Source: a virus. From it: 64,000 nucleotides of DNA. The position numbers and the translations under genes are program-made. A model generated the notes under the pieces. The model saw only the letters and a program-made list of their open reading frames with translations. It had not been told where the DNA came from and searched no databases. Position 1 is the stretch's first letter; every line of letters begins with the position of its first letter. Positions 8,615-15,026 of this stretch are shown here, in pieces. The stretch is taken from IMG/VR virus record IMGVR_UViG_3300045988_069682, positions 4,222 through 68,221 of that record, one strand, 5' to 3'.

Positions 8615-9014
8615 TCGTTTGTTCCTCCTTAGATTTTTTATAGTTTTTTCGGCAGCGGCAAACTCTATTGGAGATTATTGCTGCCGGAACGTCCACGAGT
8701 AAACTCAAATCGCACTGGCGTATGCCACATACGATGTTAAGAAAATAATATGATTCACATTCAAGGTCACACAGCGAAGGTACTTTAGGACGCGGTGCTC
8801 TCGGAACCTTTTTGTATTGTGGCTTCATATCCATAAAATCCAATGCGCTGTTAATGCTCACGCTTTTGATTATTGATATATACAACGCATACCAGTTTTC
8901 TCGAAACTGGATGTTGCTGCTTGACTTGTGAATGGCAGCCGCTTCCGGTTGAAAACTGTGAGAACGGGCTTTAACGTAATTCTCTCGGCATACATGATTT
9001 TGCCTTGCTCTCAT
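8601..9014 (-). CDS. doubtful ORF (possibly non-coding spacer)
   Basis: 137-aa ORF with atypical C/R/S/N-rich composition. A GAGGA lies before the ATG, but the region also carries hairpins. Confidence 0.25.
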   Translation of the reverse strand: MRARQNHVCRENYVKARSHSFQPEAAAIHKSSSNIQFRENWYALYISIIKSVSINSALDFMDMKPQYKKVPRAPRPKVPSLCDLECESYYFLNIVCGIRQCDLSLLVDVPAAIISNRVCRCRKNYKKSKEEQTNERN

Positions 9015-9298
9015 TTAACGTCCTCAACCTTCACGATGATTGTTTCACCAACCTGCAAATGCTGTCGCTTGCCGATACCGAAACCGTTACTTTCGCTCAG
9101 CTCGTGCATGAACTCGGCGAACGGCTTGCTGCCATCGTAATACCTTTCGCCAATCCCCCAAAGCGTTTCGCCGCTTTGCACTGTATGGCAAATCTTGCGA
9201 CACATCGGCTTCTCTCTGTCCGCAAGATAGTCGGTATCGAATCCGCTAATCAGCAGCGCCAAGATGCCGACAACTGCAATTTTAAGCAGCGTTTTCAT
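9011..9298 (-). CDS. LysM-domain protein with N-terminal signal/TM
   Basis: MKTLLKIAVVGILALLISG followed by the LysM pattern HTVQSGETLWGIGERYY...LQVGETIIV. Confidence 0.7.
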   Translation of the reverse strand: MKTLLKIAVVGILALLISGFDTDYLADREKPMCRKICHTVQSGETLWGIGERYYDGSKPFAEFMHELSESNGFGIGKRQHLQVGETIIVKVEDVK

Positions 9299-9312
9299 GT
9301 CTCCCCACCCCT

Positions 9313-9561
9313 TCAATCCAATAGCGCTTTAAGTGCGCTCTGATAGCGCCCTTTCCTTATGTTCTGCACCTTGTCCTGCTTTGCAGTTGGTGCGAACATT
9401 TCTTTCAGTTGTTGGTCAACAACGTCCGCTACCAGAAACCACTTTCTGCCATATCTTCCGGCAGAGACTTTGCCTTGCTTAATAAGTTCCCTCAGCATTT
9501 TATCGCTTATATTGCGACTCTCGGAAAATTCCTTGATTCCCATGAGTTCCATTAAGCTCAC
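9313..9561 (-). CDS. excisionase-family/MerR-like HTH DNA-binding protein
   Basis: IKEFSESRNISDKMLRELIKQGKVSAGRYGRKWFLVADVV is typical of Xis-type HTH proteins. It is the second gene of the lytic operon. Confidence 0.55.
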   Translation of the reverse strand: MSLMELMGIKEFSESRNISDKMLRELIKQGKVSAGRYGRKWFLVADVVDQQLKEMFAPTAKQDKVQNIRKGRYQSALKALLD

Positions 9562-9755
9562 TCTCCTTCTTCTTTTTTTAACAGTTCGTCAATCGTGCAG
9601 CCGAGGATTTTGGCCAACATTGGCAATTTATCTGCTCTCGGGAGGAATAAACCGCCCTCCCATTTTGCGATTGTGCTTCTATCCACCCCGCAAGCTTTAG
9701 CCACATCTTCTTGTAGAAGCCCTTTAGCTTTGCGAAATTTTTCTAATTGGGACAT
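9558..9755 (-). CDS. Cro-like XRE-family HTH regulator
   Basis: KGLLQEDVAKACGVDRSTIAKWEGG is an XRE HTH. It is the first gene of the leftward operon, divergent from the repressor. Confidence 0.85.
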   Translation of the reverse strand: MSQLEKFRKAKGLLQEDVAKACGVDRSTIAKWEGGLFLPRADKLPMLAKILGCTIDELLKKEEGE

Positions 9756-9779
9756 AAACGAACATCACCTCACATTTCT

Positions 9780-9869
9780 GTGCGTTAATCGCACTTGATA
9801 TTGATATTATAGTGCGATTAAGTCACCTTGTCAAGCACTTTTTTTGATTGACGTGTGCGCTGGTGTCAC
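9780..9869. promoter_or_regulatory. three operator-like sites GTGCG-N5-(C/G)(G/T)CAC
   Basis: GTGCGTTAATCGCAC (9780-9794), GTGCGATTAAGTCAC (9812-9826) and GTGCGCTGGTGTCAC (9855-9869). Two of them lie between the -35 and -10 of the divergent promoters. Confidence 0.6.
9806..9834 (-). promoter_or_regulatory. leftward (lytic) promoter TTGACA-17-TATAAT
   Basis: On the minus strand, TTGACA (9834-9829), a 17-nt spacer and TATAAT (9811-9806). This is a perfect sigma-A consensus. Confidence 0.7.
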
Positions 9870-9877
9870 ATTATAAT
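9848..9877 (+). promoter_or_regulatory. rightward (repressor) promoter TTGACG-18-TATAAT
   Basis: TTGACG at 9848-9853 and TATAAT at 9872-9877, upstream of RBS GGGAGGTG and the ATG at 9903. Confidence 0.6.
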
Positions 9878-9902
9878 ATAGGTAATTAGGGAGGTGCGTT
9901 AA

Positions 9903-10340
9903 ATGACAATAGGTGGAGCTTTAAAAACGCTTAGAAAAGCTCATGGCTTTACACAAGCGGAAGTCGCTTCTGCGCTGAACTTGTCTAGAACGAGCTACAC
10001 AAAATATGAGAATGACGTTCATATGCCAAACGCAGAGCAAATTCAACTAATAGCGAATCTGTTTGGAGTGTCGCCAGCAGAGATATTGACACCAATCCAA
10101 TCCGATGGTACCAAAAACATAAAACCTCCAAAGCTAACAAAACCCACGCTAAGAAGTGACCATGAGAAACTCCTTGGCGTTTATGATAGCCTTGATGAGC
10201 AGTCGAAAACTCAGCTTATGTCTGTTGCTTACTTGCTTATGTCTCAAAGCCTCAAGGCACAAGGCATTGATGTACAAGAGATGGTAGAGCAGCAGCTCCA
10301 TAAAATTAAAGACGAAGGAGGCGAAAACAATGACGACTGA
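9903..10340 (+). CDS. CI-like XRE-family repressor
   Basis: LRKAHGFTQAEVASALNLSRTSYTKYEND is an XRE HTH. Divergent from the Cro-like gene and on the same strand as the integrase. Confidence 0.8.
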   Translation: MTIGGALKTLRKAHGFTQAEVASALNLSRTSYTKYENDVHMPNAEQIQLIANLFGVSPAEILTPIQSDGTKNIKPPKLTKPTLRSDHEKLLGVYDSLDEQSKTQLMSVAYLLMSQSLKAQGIDVQEMVEQQLHKIKDEGGENNDD

Positions 10341-10461
10341 CGAAGAACTGCATCAAAAGGCTATTGCTCACGAATTGTTTTGTGAACTGTCCTCGAAATC
10401 AAGAATGGTGGCTATCGGTATTTTACGGCTACTGTTGGTCGAGGAAACGCGCCCTTTTTGA
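10330..10461 (+). CDS. 43-aa ORF overlapping the repressor stop (not in track)
   Basis: ATG at 10330 with GAAGGAGG 8 nt upstream. MTTDEELHQKAIAHELFCELSSKSRMVAIGILRLLLVEETRPF. Confidence 0.35.
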   Translation: MTTDEELHQKAIAHELFCELSSKSRMVAIGILRLLLVEETRPF

Positions 10462-10648
10462 CTGTCTACTCACCCGACGGTAGCCGACGTGAGCAAAAGC
10501 CAAACGATGACAATCCGCAATAAAAAAAGACCGCGCTCCATGGCGGAGAACGGTCAATGCTTTTTAGCTGTTTGAAGCGAACTGCTATGAACAAGCGTAT
10601 AAATCAAGCCATTGCGCTCGTGTCGCTGTCATAGAAGTCCAAAACGAG

Positions 10649-10678
10649 TGCAACCGTCTCGGTTTCGAGACGGTTGCA
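10649..10678. other. perfect 13-bp stem-loop immediately upstream of an RBS
   Basis: TGCAACCGTCTCG-gttt-CGAGACGGTTGCA, about 10 nt before GGGAGGA and the ATG at 10700. Confidence 0.6.
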
Positions 10679-10699
10679 GACTGTACGGGAGGAATTTAG

Positions 10700-10909
10700 A
10701 TGGAAGAAGAAATAGGGGTTGTCTATAAAACGCCCGGCAGCCGATGCAGAGTTTCTTTGTTGACGCAACCAGGCGGAGAAAAATACATTGTTATTGCCAA
10801 TCAGTTCAATACAAAGAACACAGACGGTTGGTTTACTAAAAGATTAGTTTATATACCATACGGTTCTGCGGCGCAAGTAGCTGTACTTATAGCCTTAGCC
10901 GTGAAATGA
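10700..10909 (+). CDS. hypothetical moron protein (69 aa, hydrophobic C-terminus)
   Basis: GGGAGGA RBS. Flanked by a stem-loop upstream and an intrinsic terminator downstream. Located in the lysogeny region. Confidence 0.55.
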   Translation: MEEEIGVVYKTPGSRCRVSLLTQPGGEKYIVIANQFNTKNTDGWFTKRLVYIPYGSAAQVAVLIALAVK

Positions 10910-10946
10910 AGGAGGACTGGCAATTATATTGGAACTAAAAGAAAAG

Positions 10947-10979
10947 CAAAAAGGCCTCCGTACACCGGAGGCCTTTTTG
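10947..10979. terminator. bidirectional intrinsic terminator
   Basis: AAAAAGGCCTCCG-tacac-CGGAGGCCTTTTT. Confidence 0.8.
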
Positions 10980-11123
10980 CAAACACTATAAATAAAGAAA
11001 GAAGGGATTGTGACTCCAAATGGAGATATGCCGAATGAACTTCACACTTATATTTTAACAGAACCATAGAGTAAGTAACAAGGGGGGTTTGAGCGCGGTT
11101 TTTGTCAGAAAGGAGAAAAAATT

Positions 11124-12266
11124 ATGACAAAATATCGAGAAGGCTCTATATATTACGAAACAAACAGAGGCAAATGGCACGCTTCCGTCGCCGACCCGCA
11201 AGGTCACAGAACGCACAAAAGGTTCGACACGGAAGTGGAAGCAAACGCTTGGCGCTTGAGCATGGCAGCGAAATACATCAAGGGTAATTATGTTGCGAAA
11301 AGCGACATGACTCTAGGGACATGGATTTTGCAATATCTCAGCATATTCGCTAAATCTAAAGTGAGAGAAAAGACCTTCTTGAACTACGCTAATACCGCTG
11401 CGCATATTAATGAAACATTGGCAGACGTAGAGCTGCAAAAACTTTCACCCATTGCAGTCCAGTCCTATATCAACAACGCAGACATGACAGACGGCATGAA
11501 AGACAGATTGGTAAAACTGCTTTGCCGTGCGTCAAAAAAAGCCATTGCAACAGGGCTGATAGAAAAAGACTTCATGGCTGGGGTAGAAGTGCTCAAACCT
11601 GAGCCGAAAGAAGTAGAGATTTTCTCCCCCGAAGAGCTGAATATAATTATGGAAACCATTGACAGCGACGCAAGACTTCGCAGGCATCATCTGCTTATTT
11701 CCGTTGCAATCGCGTCTGGCTGTCGGATGGGAGAGATATTGGCCCTAACACCACAGGATTTAGATGGAGATGCTATAAAAATCAACAAAAGCCTAGTGGA
11801 AGTTAATGGCGTAGCAAAGCTTCAACCACCAAAGACCAAAGCAGGATACAGGAGGATTCCTTTGCCGAAGAATATAATGGCAGAGCTTTATCAAGCTGCA
11901 TATGCTCTTAAAGACGAGGAAATCATCAGAAACGCCAAAGGCAACCCGTGCTTAACTACTAACATCGACAAGACGTGGAAACGGATATTGAAGAAAGCGG
12001 GAATTCCTTACAGAAAATTTCATTGTCTGCGCCACACTCATGCGTCGATGCTGCTTGCTGCAGGTGTGCCTATATTGGAAGTAGCAAAGCGTCTGGGGCA
12101 TTCTCGCCCTAGCCACACATTAAACCTCTATGGTCATGCTATTCCCGGCTATGACAGCCAAATGCCATCGCTTGTAGAGAAAGTTTTCAGTTTAGGAAAC
12201 GGCAATCATGAAGATATTCTTGCCGCATCTTGCCTTGCTTTGCCCTCAACAACCGAAAAAAGTTGA
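11124..12266 (+). CDS. int: tyrosine integrase
   Basis: Catalytic region ...GCRMGEILAL...HCLRHTHASMLL...LGHSRPSHTLNLYGH (R..HxxR..Y). The attP lies about 90 nt downstream. Confidence 0.95.
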   Translation: MTKYREGSIYYETNRGKWHASVADPQGHRTHKRFDTEVEANAWRLSMAAKYIKGNYVAKSDMTLGTWILQYLSIFAKSKVREKTFLNYANTAAHINETLADVELQKLSPIAVQSYINNADMTDGMKDRLVKLLCRASKKAIATGLIEKDFMAGVEVLKPEPKEVEIFSPEELNIIMETIDSDARLRRHHLLISVAIASGCRMGEILALTPQDLDGDAIKINKSLVEVNGVAKLQPPKTKAGYRRIPLPKNIMAELYQAAYALKDEEIIRNAKGNPCLTTNIDKTWKRILKKAGIPYRKFHCLRHTHASMLLAAGVPILEVAKRLGHSRPSHTLNLYGHAIPGYDSQMPSLVEKVFSLGNGNHEDILAASCLALPSTTEKS

Positions 12267-12353
12267 ACCACATTGCAACCAAAACGCTACCTACTGATTG
12301 ATTTTTGGGTAAAAGAAAACGCCCAGAAATGCCATTCCTAGGCGGTTTTTCAA

Positions 12354-12398
12354 TGGAGCTACTGACAAGGTTTGAACTTGCGACCTACTGATTACGAA
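12354..12398 (-). other. attP core, the 3' half of a tRNA-Thr(CGU) (anticodon loop to CCA)
   Basis: The minus strand reads TTCGTAA (loop, anticodon CGT), TCAGT, AGGTC, GCAAG-TTCAAAC-CTTGT, CAGTAGC, T, CCA. The matching 5' half (GCTACTG, D-arm) is absent upstream. Confidence 0.7.
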
Positions 12399-12541
12399 TA
12401 AATAGTGGTAAATATCACTGACACGGCTCAACCCCTTGTACAGCAAGGCTTTCGAGATTTTCGGGAGCCTTGTTTTATTTGTCTTATTTGCCATATTTTG
12501 CCCTATTTTTTCATACTATCTGCAACCAAATTTGAACCACA

Positions 12542-12575
12542 AAGCAGCCTAGTTTGCAGATTTACTAGGCTGCTT
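12542..12575. terminator. 12-bp stem-loop closing the cargo module / int region
   Basis: AAGCAGCCTAGT-N10-ACTAGGCTGCTT followed by TTAT. The U-tract is weak in either direction. Confidence 0.4.
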
Positions 12576-12591
12576 TTATAGTGGTTTCAAT

Positions 12592-13053
12592 TCATTCTTC
12601 TCTTTTTGCTCTCATGCCCGCTATCCACAGGTCAAACACTTTGCCTTCCGCAGCATCGGGGTCGCACATATAGGCTTTGGCCATTCTGACGTGGTTATTC
12701 ACATCGTTCCCCAGAACTTCCGCAAAATCGCTATGCAGCATATTCATAACGTAGTACCAGTCAGCCTTACATTGAATCCCTTGCTGGTCAGCAAGTTGGC
12801 TAGTTTGCTCATACGTCCAATGTTCACCGCATGTGCCGTCAACATTTTTCATTTTAGATACTGCCTTTTTTGCCAGTTCTTCATCGAAGTGCTGGCCATA
12901 AGCCACACAATGCAGCTTATATGCAGTGTCCCAAAACAATCTCGGACAGCGGCCGCGGATTTCCTCCAACGCTTCACAAACTATTTCTTCCATTTCCTTA
13001 ATCTTTTCCGGGTTGGCGCTTACTTGCTCCCAGTATTTCTCTAGCTTGTGCAT
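12592..13053 (-). CDS. cargo protein 5 (153 aa, Cys/Trp/His-containing, no recognised motif)
   Basis: ORF with a GGAGGCAGACACC RBS. The product is soluble and helical-looking. Confidence 0.65.
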   Translation of the reverse strand: MHKLEKYWEQVSANPEKIKEMEEIVCEALEEIRGRCPRLFWDTAYKLHCVAYGQHFDEELAKKAVSKMKNVDGTCGEHWTYEQTSQLADQQGIQCKADWYYVMNMLHSDFAEVLGNDVNNHVRMAKAYMCDPDAAEGKVFDLWIAGMRAKREE

Positions 13054-13066
13054 GGTGTCTGCCTCC

Positions 13067-13489
13067 TTATGCCATTTTTACAACACTCAGAGAAGCGTTA
13101 GTAATCGTGCCAGCGGCGGTCGCCTGTACTTGCAGCATGGAGTTGTTGTTAATTACGCAACAACTCGGCAAAACGCGAATCAGCGTAGCAAAGCTAACAT
13201 TATATGTATCGCCAGTTGCTCCTGTCACTGTCGCTTCCGCTCCCGGCACAGCCGCGCCATTGCGGACGAGCTGCAAGCCAATGTCGCCAGCGGCAGTCGG
13301 TGTTACATCGGCGTTCAGTGTCACGAGATACAGGCCTCGAATCAAGTTCACGGCGTTGCTGCCAGCGATATGCCCGATTGCCACGCCAGTCAGCAGATTA
13401 TTGGTAGGAAAATTCACGAATCCGTTCGCTGCCACGGCTTGCGCAGCGGTTGCGACGGTTGTTAGTGCGGATTTTTGATTGCAAATCAT
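13067..13489 (-). CDS. cargo protein 4, BclA-C-terminal / C1q-TNF-like beta-sandwich protein (tentative)
   Basis: ATG at 13489 (MICNQ...) with an AAAGGGGTG RBS. The pattern GLYLVTLNADV...LQLVRNGAAVPG...NVSFATLIRV...MLQVQAT...ASLSVVKM resembles BclA_C/C1q domains. Confidence 0.45.
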   Translation of the reverse strand: MICNQKSALTTVATAAQAVAANGFVNFPTNNLLTGVAIGHIAGSNAVNLIRGLYLVTLNADVTPTAAGDIGLQLVRNGAAVPGAEATVTGATGDTYNVSFATLIRVLPSCCVINNNSMLQVQATAAGTITNASLSVVKMA

Positions 13490-13513
13490 TTGTTTCACCC
13501 CTTTTGAAAGCAA

Positions 13514-13537
13514 TAGGGACGGCTTGCACCGTCCCTA
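13514..13537 (-). terminator. intra-module hairpin/attenuator
   Basis: TAGGGACGG-N6-CCGTCCCTA, followed on the minus strand by TTGCTTTC. Confidence 0.4.
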
Positions 13538-13569
13538 AAACACAGTGCAGTTGATGCACATATCTTGTC

Positions 13570-14292
13570 TTAACCTACATTGTAAGCGCAGCCACAAGCG
13601 CCAGCTACGTTAGCAGCGACGCTTTGATACGGACTAGATGTAATGTAAGCGGGCTGCGGGTAAGGTCTCAGCGTACCGATAAGGTTAGCGCTCTGAGCCT
13701 GTTGGGATAACTGGAAGTTAGCGGTCTGCAAATCACGGTCGCGGTCTGCGAGTTTGTCACGCAGGTCTTGAATCTGGTTGGCAATCAGCACTGCTCTGGT
13801 CTTTTCGCCGTCCTCTTTCACTGCGTTAACAATATCACAGGTGTTGCGCGCGTTTTCGTAACGTACTGCGTCAATGTTTCGGTTAGTTTCGCAGCAGCAC
13901 TGTTGCTGTGCAAAGCGATTCTCCGCAAGCTGGTTGCCAAGTTGATAACCTGTCTGCATAAGGTCACGTTGAACGCCGTTAAAGCCATTAAGCATGGTAG
14001 TGTTTTGGGCATAAAAGCCGTCACACAGGCCGTTTTGAACACCGCGGATGCCGTCTTTAATGTCTTGCATTGAAAACTGGTCAGCAATCTGGTCGCGCGT
14101 CATAGAGCCGTTTGCAAAGATTTCAGCGCCCATGTTGCCACGATTGTTCCAGTTGCCTCCCCAACCGCCCATCATTACGAAAATAATGAGAATCCAAGCC
14201 CACCAGCCGCCGCCGAAGCCCATGCAGTCGCCATAGCCGCGGTTCATGTCCATTACAGGTACTACACCTGCGCCACCGTTTTCTAAAGTCAT
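13570..14292 (-). CDS. cargo protein 3, Gly/Trp-rich TM + Cys-containing coiled-coil protein
   Basis: AAAGGAGTG RBS. GFGGGWWAWILIIFVMMGGWGGNW, then QQQCCCETNRNIDAV...NTCDIVNAV..., a coiled coil, and a C-terminal GACGCAYNVG. Confidence 0.7.
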   Translation of the reverse strand: MTLENGGAGVVPVMDMNRGYGDCMGFGGGWWAWILIIFVMMGGWGGNWNNRGNMGAEIFANGSMTRDQIADQFSMQDIKDGIRGVQNGLCDGFYAQNTTMLNGFNGVQRDLMQTGYQLGNQLAENRFAQQQCCCETNRNIDAVRYENARNTCDIVNAVKEDGEKTRAVLIANQIQDLRDKLADRDRDLQTANFQLSQQAQSANLIGTLRPYPQPAYITSSPYQSVAANVAGACGCAYNVG

Positions 14293-14340
14293 TATTGTTC
14301 ACTCCTTTCGGTGAAAATATCTTATAACACCTTGTGCGCA

Positions 14341-14565
14341 TCAAAGTGTTAAGCCAAAATTAGATAGCATCTGGCGAAGCTGTTCGTCGCTCATGCCACG
14401 TTGCTTCGCAAGATTGCGTACAGTTTCTTTCAACTGCATCTCGTTTTTGCCTTGACCCATCTGCATAGCGCGCCCCATCATGGGATTTTGCTGTGCCATT
14501 TGCGTCAGCATCTGCATAGGATTACCACTATTCTGTAACATCGCCATTATTTGCATCGGGTTCAT
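14341..14565 (-). CDS. cargo protein 2, 74-aa Met/Gln-rich peptide
   Basis: AGGAGG RBS 8 nt upstream. MNPMQIMAMLQNSGNPMQMLTQMAQQNPMMGRAMQMGQG... Confidence 0.6.
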   Translation of the reverse strand: MNPMQIMAMLQNSGNPMQMLTQMAQQNPMMGRAMQMGQGKNEMQLKETVRNLAKQRGMSDEQLRQMLSNFGLTL

Positions 14566-14962
14566 GGTTCATGCCTCCTAGCTGTTTCTCTAACTTATCC
14601 ACACGTTGAATCAAGTTATCCACACAACTTCGTTCAGCGTATACAACTTGCTTCTGCTCCTGCGGATTACTTAATTGGTAAACTCTGAATACAGGCAGCC
14701 CGTTGAGGTCAATAGACTTCTCGTAAATCTTTCCCTCCGCCGGGCATGGGAAGAAGGTGCTGCTGCCGTCAAGGTCTATCTGAGCAGCCTTTGCTTCATC
14801 TATACCAGTCACCACTCTGCCTTTTAACGCTTGCGGCATCTGGCTCATAGGCATTTGCGGTTGCTGATACATCTGCATCTGTTGCTGCAAATAATTTAAT
14901 CGCTGTTGCATCTGCGGCGCAGCTCCCACATAAGGATTCGGTGCGTATTGTTGTCCGTACAT
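14528..14962 (-). CDS. cargo protein 1, Q/M/P-rich N-terminus + conserved-looking C-domain
   Basis: ATG at 14962 (MYGQQYAPNPY...) with a GAGGTGATAACA RBS. It follows a strong terminator. Confidence 0.6.
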   Translation of the reverse strand: MYGQQYAPNPYVGAAPQMQQRLNYLQQQMQMYQQPQMPMSQMPQALKGRVVTGIDEAKAAQIDLDGSSTFFPCPAEGKIYEKSIDLNGLPVFRVYQLSNPQEQKQVVYAERSCVDNLIQRVDKLEKQLGGMNHEPDANNGDVTE

Positions 14963-15026
14963 TGTTATCACCTCACACTTATATTTTGCGATATTTTTGT
15001 TAAATCGTTCTATCAATATTCCCTCA

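Noticed and set aside
9313-10340. Toxin-antitoxin reading of the small HTH gene pairs
   Set aside because: The divergent arrangement with shared operators, and the downstream recombination and replication genes, fit a CI/Cro switch. No toxin-like partner is present.
12291-12494. 67-aa minus-strand ORF between the integrase and the cargo module
   Set aside because: It spans the tRNA-derived attP core and its terminator-like hairpin, and it has no RBS.
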